From contig JAYWIR010000002.1 of the NCBI GenBank assembly GCA_036172245.1, forward strand, positions 1,550,001 through 1,614,000: DNA of 64,000 nucleotides, read 5' to 3'. This document shows positions 1-13,670 of this stretch, in pieces. Positions within the stretch are counted from its first letter, which is position 1. Each line of letters opens with the position of its first letter. The notes under the pieces were generated by a model. The model saw nothing but the letters and a program-made list of their open reading frames with translations, did not search any database and was not told the origin of the DNA. This DNA is from Raillietiella orientalis. Its lineage: Eukaryota. Position numbers and translations under genes: made by a program.

Positions 1-50
1 ATTTTCGGGGGTGAGAGAGAGGGGTCCCTCGGAGGGAATACTGCACCAAC

Positions 51-3000
51 CTGGCAGGGGATCCTCGAGACGGGTCTCTTTGTTGCCTCCGCCTTCCCGG
101 GTAGCGGAACCCGGGATCTGCCTTCTCGGTTCCCTCACGTTCCTCGTCCAGAAGGTTAGCCGGTAGATCTGCAACAGCAAGATACGGAAGGAGGAAAAGA
201 GAAATGCGGGGTCAGAGGCTCTGCAGAGGGCGTCCGTTTTGGGAAACGGCAGGGGCGGGAGGGCGATGGCGTGCTCGGGACTCGAGGCAGCACTCCCTTC
301 TCCTCCCCTTTCTTCGATTGTCCTTGGGCCTCGGGGATGCCGGTAGGGGATCCTCCTGTGCTGTGGCGTGAGAGGTCGAGTGCCGGTGAGGCGGACGCGT
401 GATCGTGCCCCAAGCGCTCGGGCAGGACGCCGCGCTGGCTTGCGAGAGCGCCCACAAAGGTCGAGCTCGTCCCTTATAGGCTACCGGAAGAGACCCAGGA
501 AAAAACGGAGGGGGTCAGAAAAAAGGTCCGAGAGCGTCCTTGGGGGGTGTCGACACCTCGCGTTCCCTCCTCGCGCCCAGAAGAGAGCCGTCGCGGAGGA
601 GCTGTCAACGGATGCTGCGTCCAGGATACTCGTCCAGGCCTTGACCTTCCGCCTCCATCAGGTCTCTGAGATGGTGGCATTTCCCGGTGGTGGCCGGCTC
701 CAGGCATGCGGTCATAGTGGTGTGGCGGCGGCTACTGCAGGGTGCGAGGAAGTTCTGAAAACGGGGTGAGGGATTGGGAAAGGAGAAAGAGAATGGGGGA
801 TCCTCCACGCTGAATGGAAAAGGGCCCTTGCGCTCGAAGATGGTCTGGCCACAGCGGCACGTGCCACTGGCAGCGCTGGGAGGGTTCGGCGCTTCCCTTA
901 CGCATTCCTCCGGGATGGGCTCCGTCAAGCTGCTGATCCCGATCGCGACAACGATGCAGAACAGGAAGAGGAAGAAGCCGAAGTGGAGGTAGTGGACTTC
1001 TCCGACAGCCACCCTGAGAATCCAAGGCCTCGGGTCGGGTGCGTCTGGAACAGGTGAGACCAGCAGCCGGTGCAACGCCTGCGGCTCCCGGTCGATCGCG
1101 TCCTCCGCCGCCGCGGCGCGGCGCGCACGTACTTTGCCCGCTCACCTGAGCCGCAGACCGGGACCTCGTAGCTGAATTCCAGGGCAAACCTCAGAGCGCC
1201 GACCGCAAGGCCGATCATGAGTGACCAGAAGGCGCCCTGGAGCAGAGAAGGAGCGTCAGCGGAAGCCGGCATCGTCTCAGGGTCGGCGAAGCTCAGAGAG
1301 GCTCATGAGGGAGTGCTTGGAGAGGAAGAGAGGGGCAGAGTCGGTCCCCAAATGCGATGGTGGCGCCCTCTCGGCCATCCCATCTACCGCAGGACGAGCC
1401 CGTCGGACCGCCATCGTCTTTGCGCGCGTCGGGAAACCTCCCGCACCGCTTGCTCTTCCTCTCCTTTGCCCTTTGTTTCCAACCCTTTACCTCCCTCCTC
1501 CCCTTCCCCGGTAGCGGGTGACTTTGATGGCGCTCCAGGAGCGGCCCTCGGGTGGCTGCGCCCGCAGGGAAGCCTGGAGTGAGCATGCCATGGCTGAGCG
1601 AGCGACCCATCCTACCCACGTCCTCCACCCCTCCTAAGGGGCTGGAAGGCTCTCCGTCCTCCCTTTCCTCCTGCAGCAAATACGAATTTTTCCCCGTGCT
1701 TCCCGATTGCGCCACAGGGAGCGCCCTGAGGATCCCTCACCCCTGTTGTGAGGACGGGGACACCGAAGCAACGCCCACCACCTCCCTCGCTGCCTGGGAA
1801 ACCGGTGGTCCTCTATCTCTCCCTGCGACCCCTTTCTCTCTCTTCACGGCTCCTGGCCTCTCATCGACCTGCGGTTCCCTCCTGCCAAAGCTCCCGTTCG
1901 CAGGTTCCCGGACAACCTCTCCCTCCCTCCTCCCTGCCCCTAGCCCCTTGCCTTCTCGTTCACGTAGGACGTGGACAGCGCCAGCACGTAGACGGCGCAG
2001 ACGGGAGGCGCCAGGTAGCTGGTGACGGACTGGATGTAGTGGAAGAGGTTGCTGCCCTGCGTCTCTTGGATCACTGGAATCCACAGGATGCTGACGGCCA
2101 TCATGACCACGACACACACCCTGGAGGAAGAGCGAGGGACCACCTCTCTCCCCCCTTTCCTCCTCCTACGCGCGCCCACCCATTCGTCCCGCGGCATCCC
2201 TTCTCTCCTTCTCTCACCTGCCCACCAAGAGGAGCTCCAGCTCCTTCGCGTCCTTCCTGAAGTGCTTCCAGATGTCCAGCGTAAACAGCGTGGAGCTGCT
2301 ACTGAAGACCGAGGACAAGGAGCTCATGAGGGCCGCCATCATGACCGCCAGCATCATTCCGGACAGACCTGATGCGGAGAAAGAAGGGTCAACAGGGGTC
2401 AGGGAGAGAAGGCAGAAAGGGCCGTGGTACCTGGAGGATCAGGGAGAGAGGAGGAAGGGGAGGAACGGATAAGACCTCTCGGGCCTTATCAGGAGCAGCA
2501 ACGTGGGAGCTCGCGTTTTCACCCCCGCTCCCCGAACGCTTCGGGGCATCCGGTCGCTTCTGAGGAGAGACGAGGGGTGCCGAGGAAGCAGATTCGTCCT
2601 TTGCGCCCTCCTCTTCATCTCCGTCCGAAGCCCCTAGGAGGAGATTTCCTTCCCCCTTCCTTCCTTCCCCGCTATCGTTTCCTCCTCCAACTTCGCCAGG
2701 ATAGTCGCTGCGCCACATCAACGGGGGAGCTTTCGGCGGGTCCTCGCTCCCACCTTCACCTACGCAAATTTTCTTCCTTCCCGATCGCCCGGGTATCTCC
2801 GTCGGCGGAGACTCCCGTGAGAGGAACGCGCAGAAGGGCAGGGCCTACCTTCTGTTGGGGATTATCGTGACGTCAGTGATTGGCGACAACTCTGCTCCTG
2901 TTGCCGCTGCTCATGACGAGGAAGAGGAAGTGGCGGAGGAAGGAGGGAAGGAAAAGGAGGAGGGGAGGGAGAGGAAAATGAACGTGGAGACGAATTCAGA

Positions 3001-6000
3001 GGATCGGGAGGAATTCTCACTCTGGAGAGCCTGTGAAGGGGGGGGGGGAATTGCTCTGGATCCGAGGTCCCTCTCTCTCACTCCAGCCGAGATACCGCAT
3101 GTTTCCTCGTGGTTGTTCACTATAGCAGAGGAGAAGGCGCGTGATCGTGTGGGATGAAAGGGGCACGGAAAGGATGGGGATGGGAAACCCCTGTACGCTT
3201 AGCGGGGGGTCTCTCGTGAGCCTCGAGCACCTGGTGGCAGCAGTCGGATGACCAGCAGGGGGTACGCAATGTTGGTGCACCCGTGGCGGCTGCCACAGAT
3301 CCTCTCACAGGCGTCCGGGTCGGAGCAGCTGACCTCGTTCGGGAAGAGCACCCTCGAGGCCATGCCGGGAAACACCAGCAGGAAGAGGGGGAGCAGCTTG
3401 ATGTACCCCGCCAGGATGCACCCTCCTTTGGCGTGGGTCAGCGACTTGGACGCTAACACCCGCTGCACGATGACCTGAGGAAGAAAGGGAGAAAGGGTCA
3501 GGATCACATTCCCGAGAGATCTCTCCTCGGGGGAAAGCGACCCTCGCCTTGGAGTAAGGAGCTTCCCAGCGACGGGTGCAGCGGCAGGTCAGGAAGGAAA
3601 GGGATCCTAGGATTTCTCCCTGATAAGGACGCTGGTGTTTGCCATTTGGGAAAGGGGACACACTTCGCCCCAGCCCGAGGATTCCCACTGCCCTTTTCGC
3701 CTTCCCTAGCTGTACATGACCCAGGAAGATCACCATTGCAAACGTACGGAGGCGAGGAGTGGGCGCACCCCTCCACCCATTGCTCGCCCTACGCTCTTCA
3801 CCCCTTACCTGGTCGGTGCACCAGTACCATACTGCGGACACAGTAAGCCCGAAGACCATCCCGGTCCAGGGCAGGTCGCTGACCCCCGGAGTTGGGTCGC
3901 GGGCCAGATGCATGGAGTAAACCGGAGCACTCCCGCAGGATGCATAGGTGGAGTTGGGCAAGGTGTCGTTCGGGCGGGCGATCAGGAACTTCCGCACCAG
4001 CTCGTCGTATCCACCCACTTGGACGAAGCCTGTGGGCGTGTCAGCGGTGTCAGCGGGAAAGCATTGGGAGAAGGAGAGGGAAGGGAGCTGACCATGGGTC
4101 CTGCCCCCTCCCACCGACGGGAGGATCCTTACTAATGACGCTCAGCACTATGGAGCCTGCGACCATGAGGATCGTCTGCATCGTGTCCGTCCACATGACC
4201 GCCTTCAGCCCTCCGGCGACCGTGAAGACGCAGGACACGACCAGCAGCAAGATGATGGAGGCGTAGACGTTCCAGTCCAGGTACTGCCCGATGAACAGTG
4301 CTCCTGCGTACAAGTCGGCCTGGGAGGAGTAGAATCAGGAGCGGTGGCGGCGGAGAAGCGACCTGCTCCCTTCGTTCCCGCTCATCGCGGGAGGAACAAG
4401 AAACTCCAGGGCGTGCTTCTTGGCACTGCGGGGATTCTTCCCGGAGGTCCCTCGTTCGCTCCCATGGGAAAGAGAACGAGAGACGGCGCCACGTCATACC
4501 CATTCCCCTCCTCCTCTCTCCCCCCACCTTCTTGCGGCAGACGAGGGCAGAGCCGTCCGCTGGATGGCATGACCGGTTGTCTCCCGGCCAGCAATCGTGA
4601 CCTTGGGGAAAGACCTCCCACGATCGTCTGCCGCTATCCCACACCTTCGTAGCAGATGGGCAAAGGGAAGACTCGACCTGCTCTTAGGAGCTCCCGGAGG
4701 AATGTCCTCAAGAGCTTGTCGTCCGACGTTACTTGCCCATAGCCTCAGGAGTCCTACGGCTGGTGGTGTGGACACGGCACGGAGTTAAGCCTACGGGACA
4801 CGCCTCTTGGTTGCGCCTTCGCGGTGGGGAGCAGCAGGGAAACGAGTAGTGAAAGGTGGGAGGAAGGGCAGGCGGGCGCTCGGGAGAGCCGCCACGCGCA
4901 CTGGGCATTTCCCCCTCCGTCTCCACCCCGTCTCTGCCCTCGCCCCCGAACCACCGCTGCCTCGTGGTCAGCCCCACTCCACCGCCACCCGCAAACCTAC
5001 CCTCTCTACCCTGGGAACCACGACTCACGGAGATCTTAGTGAAGATGCACAGCCCCAGAGAGAGGGCGGACAGGTAGATCTGCATGCGCTTCCCCCCGAA
5101 CCTTTTCTCCAGGTATTCGGGAGTCGTCATGGTGCCGGAGGCAAGATACACAGGTACGAAGATCCAACCGAGCACCATCAGCACGTAGACGGCCTGGAAG
5201 ACGCGCAAGTAATGTCGGAAGGGAGAGATCTGCGCTTGCCCTGCCCTCACCTTCCCACTGGAGGGAGAAGGTGAGAGGGGATCACCCCCATCCCTTCCTG
5301 CCCTTCCCTCTCCTCCTCATTCCCGGATCCCAGAGGCGCTCGCCTGTGTGGAAACTCACGTTGATCTCGAAGACGGAGATACCGATCCCGGAAGCCGCTC
5401 CCGCGCCGGCCAGCCCGATGAACTGCCCGCTTCCTGTGTTGCTCGAATAGAGGGACGCGCCCACCTGGAAGAGGATGGATAGTTCGCATCTGGACAGCTG
5501 CCTCGCGGAGACTGCAAAGAAAGGGGGAGAAAAGAGGAAAGGGAATCCCAAGGATACCATCCTGCTGGCCCCCGCTTCCTCCTTCGAGAGAGGGGAGGGG
5601 AAGGCAACCGGTGCACCTAGAGAAACGGCGTTTTATCCACTCCTGGATCTCTTCCCGGGAAAGATGATCCTTCAAAGCGATCCTCGGGACAGGAATTTCC
5701 ATTTTTTGCCCTCCCCCCCCCACCGCAAAGTGTCATGGGAGTGGGCAGGGAGGGAAGAAGAAGAAGAAGAGAAGGGGGGGGATCCTCGTTTCCAGTGTTC
5801 TGCTCTGGTCCGTTTCTCCTCTCTCCTGTGGACGCCTGAAATCATTCCGGGAGACTAGCGAGTCTCTGAGGGGACGGAATAGGGGCAGAAGAGTGGAGAT
5901 GAAGGAAGAGGGGTCGAAGGAGGGTCATCTTTGTGAGGTCGGCAGTCCTATTCTACCTATGGGTTTCCATCGGGCTGCGGGATCAACTGGGGTGGCCTGA

Positions 6001-6806
6001 AGAGGGAGCACGGGACTTTCCCTTGTGGAAGATGCACTCCCTTTCGGAGAGGTCTAGAGCCAGTCTTCACCGCTCCGGCGGTCGGGAAGGGGAGGAGAAG
6101 CGGAGGACGCGCACAAGTGGCGCTGTGCGCATGCGCGGCGCTCATGCGCTTCGGCAGTAGTGTGCCATTATTGAGCAGGAAGAAGCGAAGGCGAACGGGC
6201 GGCCCAGGGTTCGAGAGGGAGGAGGACGCGTTCCTTCCGGGAAAGGATTTCGTTTTCCTCTTCTCCCGCAAGGCGGTACTCCGGCAAGCTCGCGGAAGCG
6301 GAGTGGGCCTGGGTCTGGAAGAAGAGCGCAGAGGAGAGGCATTGATCCCCGCGTGCCTCCCAGCGGACACACCAACGAGCCTCCTGCCGGGGGCTCTCTC
6401 GCCTTTGATTCTGCTCTTTTCGGGACTCTCCTTCATCCTCTCGCGGGCAGCCGGGAGGGGGGATCGTGAAAGGGATGGGCTGGCGTTGTGGGCGCGCGAG
6501 GGAAGGGACCGTGAAGGACGAGGGACGGGAACCCCCTCCCATCCCCCTAGAACAAGCGCTTCCTGCGCGGTACCTACGAAGATCCAGTTCATGCGGCGGG
6601 AGGCCAGGAAGTACTGGGTGACGGTCTGCTTCTGCCTTCTGCAGGAGGCCTGCGGCAAAGTCGGGGCATCCTCACCAAGATGGACTTCCGTGTCCATCCA
6701 CCCCCCTCCCCCACCATCGCGGGCTCCCGATTACCCAGAATCCAATGAAGAGGACCAGGAAGAAGTACGCAGCAATCACGACCAGGTCCAGGACGGCGGC
6801 GGCCAT
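51..6806 (-). CDS. Sodium/glucose (solute) cotransporter, SLC5/SSS family; multi-exon, 3' end continues beyond the window start
   Basis: Approximate exons: 6806-6735 [24 protein letters not shown]; 6649-6578 ..[13 protein letters not shown]; 5464-5360 [26 protein letters not shown]; 5193-5029 ..[16 protein letters not shown]; 4319-4133 [20 protein letters not shown]; 4029-3809 ..[15 protein letters not shown]; 3474-3231 [17 protein letters not shown]; 2368-2219 ..[24 protein letters not shown]; 2119-1952 ..SYLAPP..VNEK; 1236-1146 GAFWSLMIG; 1044-902 ..VHYLHF; 168-51 IYRLTFW. Hallmark SGLT motifs, splice sites in phase. Confidence 0.95.
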
Positions 6807-8624
6807 CTTCCGTCGCTCTCTCTCCTTCAGACACTGAAGGATCGCCTGCGCCGCAGACGCCGCAGCTCCTCTTCCAGATACCCGCGCAAAAAAAAAGGCG
6901 GCGAGGAAGGAGGGGGGGGGGAGAGGAGAAGGAGAAAGAATGAAGAAAAAAAAAAAAACATACACACACATACACGCGGCAAGGCGGAAGAAAGGGAGAG
7001 ATGGAAGTCGCGCCGTCTGGCGTGCTCGAGAGGGCAGGTCAGCCCCGACAGGCGGGAAAAGCGGGAGAGATGGCCGACTCGGGGAAGAATACATGGTGCT
7101 GCCTCACCCGGGAGACAGACGTGCCCTCGAGAGCTCTCTTCTCTCTTCCTTTCCTTCCGTCGCCTCCAGCCAGCCAACCTGCCGCCACCTCCCCCCCTCT
7201 TCTCTTTCCCCTGGAGGCCGCGCGCGCTCGCAGTCCTCATGTCTGCGCGCGGTGCAGAGGGCCACCCGTGCCCTTCATTAATTCGGTCGCCTCTCGCCCG
7301 GCTGAGCATTCCTTCCGGCCGCGTCCCGCCTCAACGAGCGGTGTTTACGGCTCCTCAGCGCGTCGCCATGCCGACCGGAATGCTAAGAGACCCGCCCGCC
7401 TTGTGTGCCCTCCCCTGGTCCACCCACTCGAGATCGCTGTCGGCCAAAGACGCGAGCCCGGTCGCTGCCGTCCGAGTGCCGGGAGAACGAGGATGCGTCG
7501 TAGGAAGGACGCGCGAGCGCGCGGACGGCTGCTCTTTTCTTGGGGGTGAGGGGACAAGGAAAAAGTCAGCAAGGAAGCTCCCTTGGGTCTCTCTCCGGTG
7601 ATGCTCTGCGCGTCAGGGGATGGTCATCCCGTGCGAGAGGGAGCCAGGCATCAATTCAGCGAAGAGCCACCGAATCACGGGGTCAAGACGGAGGGGGCCG
7701 CACAGCGATAGTGGCGGCCAAGCTGGAGACCGCTGGAGACCAGGTCTCCTCATGCCCCTCAGCCGGCGGCAACCGGACGAACCTCCTTTACCACCGCCTC
7801 TCCTGAGGGGTTCCCATTGGCGGGTCACGGATATCCTTGCGGTGACTTTCCGTGAGACCGCCCAGGAGCTCGCGCCGACATTTTCTTCCGGAGGCAGAAT
7901 GTGGAGGTCGTGGGAGGAAGGGGATGGGGGAAGAGCAGATTCCCCCATATTCGGGAGAGGTGCTCTTGCGCACTTTGGCAGTGGCCTCTTCCACGAGCAG
8001 TACCCGAAGCCTCCACAAGGACGGACTGGGAAGTGTCAAACTGAAGAGAGGGAGAGGAGGCGAGGGGGCAGCACGTCAGCGAGTGACCTCACCGAGGAAG
8101 ATAGCCAGGAGGGCCAAAGGCCAGCCTCCTGCCACAACGGCGAGTTTTGTTTGCCTCCTCCTGGTGTTTTCGTCGGGGTACCACGCCGCCCGAATTGCGT
8201 CTCCTTGGGACGACGCACTAGGCGAGCGCGCGAGGGAGGAGCGAGAGAGGACGGAGCTTGCGGGTGGACTGAGTGGGCGGCGGCGGTGGCTACTCTCGAG
8301 AGTAAGCTCCCGTCCCGCTGTCGCTGCGCCTTTCCGAGCAGCGGAGACCACCGGCCCCTTTCTTCCGGGACCCGGCGGCGCGCCAGCATGGGGAGAGGAA
8401 AAGTATTCCCGCGCACACGGAGGCATCCCGGAGACGACTCGAATGACACAGGTATCAGCAGCATCGGACATTCGGATGTGCTCCGAGGGCACCCGCTTCG
8501 GATGTTTCCCTGGAAACGGAGGCTGGATGGCAGCAGTGGAAACCTCAGATCAAGCGCTCATTGTGTTTCGAGTGAAGGCTAAAATCGTTCTTGTGACGAT
8601 GACGCGAAATATGGATGATGGAGA

Positions 8625-8642
8625 CTATGATGATGATGATGA
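8625..8642. repeat. (GAT)n microsatellite
   Basis: tatgatgatgatgatgag. Confidence 0.6.
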
Positions 8643-10375
8643 GAGGGACAAGAAAGGAAAGCTAGGAGAGGAGGAGGGAGAGATGGAGAAGACAGGATGC
8701 CACTTCTGAAACGCAATCGAATTGAGGATGAAAGATGCTCCGCTCAAAGGAAGGTAGGAGTCAACAACAACACGGGATGGCGCCACTGTCCATCCGAGAT
8801 GTGCGTGGCGAAAGCTCCAAGACAACCGCGCGCGTCGAGAGTGTGCAGTGACGCAAGAAGGAGAGGCGAGTCGCTACCACAGGTGCAATGCGGGATCCAG
8901 GGAGATCCGAAGAACAGAGTGAGGCAGCCTTTCGCGGTGGCTGGGCCATCACCTCCAAAGGCTGCTCCTGGCGCGTACGCGCATGCGGTATGTGCACTTC
9001 GTGCGGTTCGACGGGAAGGGAAGGTGGCGCACAAGTGTTGCAGTCCGCTTCCCGAGAATCACAGGGTGAGTCATCAGCCGCACCATCCCTCTTCCCGATG
9101 AAACGAATGGAGCAAACAGGAATGATGGATGGGAAACTCGGCAGCTCCCGTGTCCGCCAGAGGTGGAAGGAGGACGAGGGAAAGCGTGCTCATCCGCGCG
9201 CGCCACCCCGGATCCTGAACGGTGGACGAGGAGGGGAGGGAGGCCTGGAATAATCCTCTTCACGTTATGTTCCATCCGAAATCGCGGTTCTTCCGCACAC
9301 AGCATTCCCGACATGTGGAGGGAGTGCTCGACGGATCCAGCGAATCCCGGCATGAAAGGAACGTTCGCTGAAAGCTGCAACCACCTATTTCTCCAGCAGC
9401 AGGTGGGAAGAGCACGCCTAGTTCTCTGAGGTTCTCAGAACAGGGTCTCTAAGGTCTTCCCACCAGAAAGAGGCAACACAAGAGAGAGGTCCCCTAGAAA
9501 CGAAAGATGAGACGGTCGCTGGGAAAAGATTGCAGGAAGGAGGTGACAGGAGGGAAGAGGCGGTCTTGAGGCCACTCTGCCTGTTTGCATCTCCCAGCCA
9601 GCAGAGGGCATTCATGCACGTGCAAGAGTGGATGCGAGTCCACCTTGTTTCTCTCCAGGATTGTGGGGAACGGACCACCTGTTGTCGCCTCTGCCACTGC
9701 AAAGGTCATCGGCACCTCTGTGTGATTTTCGCCTCCCCGAATGCCGCAGTAGCTGTGACTCAGTACGCGTTGCGGAAGTCCCATCCTTCCGGGGAAGCGT
9801 TCCGGAGTCGTGAAACATTGGGATGGAAGTCCTCTCCTTCCCTTCCGGCGGATTTGTCTTCGACTTCCCACTCCCCTGATTAGCATCCCTCGTTTTTGGG
9901 AGATCGCTCGAGGAGATGCATCCAGATTCGGTGCGCGCTCATCACGAGCGTCCCACCGGATGCACTCGGATTAATTGGCTTCCAAGAGACCAGCTCGAGC
10001 GGACCAACTTCCTCATACGCTATTGGGAAATGATGATGGCATCTTCTATGTCATTATTTCCCGGTAGCGTATCAGAGACCATGACGCGTCAGTAGCTCGT
10101 GACGCACACGCCTCCTCACCGGAGCAGGTTCTTCCTGCAAGCGTGGCGCTTCATTATAGATTTTTCACTAAAATATTAAATTCAAAACCACAAAACAAGA
10201 CAGCTTTGCTCAATACACCCCACCACCTTCTTTGCAGCTTTTCGTTGCGCAAGGATCCCACAGTGGTGGATTGCGACGCAAAGCAACTCGGTCAAACCTC
10301 CCCTCCGTCGATGACCGTCAACTGAATGGCTGCCCACCGTCCCTCCCAGCGTTCCCAACGAAATTTCTCCAGGCA

Positions 10376-10601
10376 AGGCTCCTTGTTTACTCCCCTTCGG
10401 GGAAGCCCCTCAGAGGAGTAAACAAGGAGCGGTTCTTCTCGGGGTTTCTTCCCGAGAGTACAGAGAAGCGGACTCTATATTCGGGGTCTTCCTGGAGTAT
10501 TCGTTCTTTTCCCCTGACCTTCACACGCACCCTCGGGTGTCGTGACAGTGTCAAAGAGCCTTGTGAGCCCCTGTGGCGGCATTGTTGAGCCGCTCCGATG
10601 C
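10376..10601 (+). mobile_element. 3' fragment of the structured repeat family
   Basis: ccccttcgggga..cagaggagtaaacaaggagcggttc..cggactct..cttcctgga..acacgcaccctcgggtg..ctccgatgc matches 48365-48696 and the 33.7 kb copy. Confidence 0.65.
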
Positions 10602-13396
10602 TCTAGGAGGCTGCGGAGTACTTTCTGAGAACCAAAAAAGGAAGAAAACTGAGAAGAAAAAAAGTTGGAAGGAAAGCAGCACCCAAGATTTTCATCATCC
10701 TAAACCAATAGCAACGATTACCTGGTGCTAATGGCCTTTAACCCTTTCGGTGCGGAGCTCACCAGATTGAAACGTGCCTTATTGACGGCACGCGAGTCGC
10801 AGTTGGATGGAGTGCTTTTTCGCGTGCCGAGTACCCGATTGACTTCATATCGTGCTGATTAAAGTTATTATTGTAATTGTTTACTTACACCACACTGAAT
10901 AAAATATCTTCATTTATCCCAAACATATATTATTCATTTAAAAATTATGATTGTAGTTCGAATAAACCAATAATTCATTCACATTTTTAAGATACCACAA
11001 AGATATGATAAATTCTATACGACCCCGAGAAAACACGAGAATAGCCGATATAAATAGAATTTTGTTTACTGTCGTTGCTAAGGGAATTATAAGAACGTAA
11101 GTGTATGTGTCCATCTCAAACATGGATAGTGCTAACTTATGTTGCGTGAACAAGATAAAAACGTTTGCCAGAAGCGTCTATGCGTCCACAGAATTCAAAG
11201 GGTTACAGGGAAAAGGGAAAAAAGGCAGCGGAAAGGGTGCACATGGGGAAGCAAGGGGGAGGAGGGGAAGATGGCCGGAAAGCATGTCGTTTCTGAGTGC
11301 GAGTTTCTTGCTTTCAATCCTTTCCAATGTCTTCCTCCTCTTCGCTGCTTCCCGTTCCAATCCTCCGGGACGTTAAAAGCGAGGAAAGAAAGGGAGGAAG
11401 GATGAAGAGTGAGGACGAAAAGAACCTGCGAAACCTCCTGGGTTTTAGTTCAAGTGAGCAAGTTTTGCTGATTGAAACGAATCAAAACCTCGGGGAGCGG
11501 CCCCATGGCCCCACTTCCTCCGTTGAGACTCGCTTCCTCAACGGTAGCACAGGCTGCGCTTCCAGATCGGCTGGGGAGAGCCTGGAGAGTTGACGTGCTG
11601 CACACTGGCTAGTGAAGGCACTCTTCCTGCTGGATCCGTGGTTCCAGCAGGAGGAGGTGGTGCATCAACAGAGAGAGGTGCTGAGCTCTCATTCTTCCGT
11701 GCTGGAGTTTCTTAGACCTTCTGCACGTGTATCTTTCTGCGTGCTCTTCACCGTCTTTCGAATGAAGCTCAGGCAGCAGAGTCGAAATGTCCTTCTCCAA
11801 TATGGGGCGCGTTCCGCCGGAAGGTCTCGAATGCTGGAAGGAGAGGGAAATCAATGAAGGATTCTGATTCTCAAAGGGGATAAAAAACATCACCTATACT
11901 CTCTCGTGGACATTCCGCATTACGAGACGTAACTAATATTTTGCTGCTTTTCTGGGCCTCAACTCCATAGTTCGCTGCATGATCATAAATCAACAAGTAG
12001 CCTTCGCATCTAGAGCCTTCCGGACAGCAATGGGAATTTTGTTTTCATCGCGAATCATATTTAATTCCCTTCCCAAATTAACATATTCTCCGAGTAGTTG
12101 ATCTTCGTCATTTGCATTAAACTGAGGATATTGCCTCTTATTTTTTTCCCTATTTTTAAATGAAACCCAACACTGACTGCGTTTTTACCTTCCCCGCCTA
12201 AAACCTGCAAGGCATTCAAAATAACCGGCCCATTTTCCGTTTTTACACGGTCCAATATTAGATATTCTCGTTCAGTGGAAGCAATGGAAGAGTTTGAAAA
12301 AAGCAGTGGAAAAGTTACCTCGCCGACATTAGAAAGTAGCCGGATCTCTATCGTACAAAGTATTTCAGTAAAAACACAGCGTCCATCAGCGTCACAACAA
12401 GTTTGCTCCTTCACTTTTTTAAGGAAACGCAAATGTACATTTGTGAGAATTTGGCGCGTAAAAAACACGCTTGTGAAAGTGAAAGCGTACCGTTGTTGCA
12501 ACAAGGCTAAGTAAAGTAGTCTGTATAAATGTGGTAGGAGTAGATGTTGAAAAAATAAGCAACGATTCGAGGATGAGACAGGACATCCGAGCCTGTTCTA
12601 TTTTTCTCACAGCTTTCAGAGCCTCACCCACACCCTCTCTTTACGCTTAGGCCTTCCCTATTTCGCAGCCGCAGCCTCAGTTCCCCTCCCCTCCCTTCTG
12701 GAGGGAGGGCAAGGCTAGAAACAAGGTCGTCAGAGCCTCTGCCCAGAATAGGGCAGCAGGCCATCTCAGTAGCAGCAGCAACTTTCGGTGGGGGCATGGA
12801 TTAGTGACGGGACAGGAAAAGTGAGGAAAAATTCGAGTTGGGCAGGGGATTTAGAAGGGGAGCTCACACTTGACCTTTCTCGACACATCTTGGGAACTTC
12901 TTCGAGCCTGCCATCCAGCTACGAAGCAGGTGCCTGGCCTACAATGGCTGGATAAGGGCCGTGCCGTGCACTTACCGGAAGGTCTACTTGTTCCAGGACG
13001 GGTCACGGCCGAGCATTCCCGTGTTTACGGGATGCTCACACTCGTGCTGCACCCTTCGCTGGTGCACGACCCGCGTGCTTCCGCCACCTTCCGCAAGTCT
13101 CTCCTCTCCTCTATTCGCGCATCCCCTTAAGGGGTTCCTGACTCTTGCTTGAACAGGATTTCTCCTTCAAGGGCTGACCTGCAACCTCCTTCTAGTCAGC
13201 GGCCTTGCCGAAGTGCTTCGCCTGGGATCTCCTCTTCCCCTTTCCGCATCTTCTGCGCTTCCTCATGAGATCGTGCGTGCTGCTGCTGCTGCTTGGCGCG
13301 GCATGTGCGACAGAAAGCACATGGTAGAGTGTGTCGTCCTTCGAGACGTCTTTGCCGGTCTAGGTGCCCTAGGGAGGCTAGAGAATGCAAGCTCGT

Positions 13397-13670
13397 GTCG
13401 GAGGCCATGTGGCCACGGCCTCTACGTGTGGCAACGAGCGTTGCGGGCTCGAATACTCGGAAAGACACTACGCCGAGAAACCGGTGCGCCGTGGGTTCGA
13501 CTTCATCCCGCTAGATGACGCTGGTTGGCCTGCATTCGGGTGCAGCACTGGTAGCGGTTCAAACTGATGCCCCTAATGAGGGTCCGGAATAGGGAGTCGA
13601 CCTCTGGGTCTTTCCAGGAAACAGAATCAAGGAGTTCTCTTCGGAGTTCCCCTTTGGTTATGCAAAGGAT
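13397..13670 (+). mobile_element. 5' fragment of the structured repeat family
   Basis: gtcggaggccatgtgg..gcgggctcgaatactcgg..agatgacgctggttggc..cattcgggtg..gggagtcgacctctgggtctttccagg aligns with 47903-48130. Confidence 0.8.

Noticed and set aside
6117-8709. Long ORFs (494, 320 and 285 aa) around the SLC5 5' end
   Set aside because: Low-complexity Arg/Gly/Pro-rich translations through homopolymers in GC-rich, stop-poor DNA, partly antisense to real exons, with no recognisable domain.
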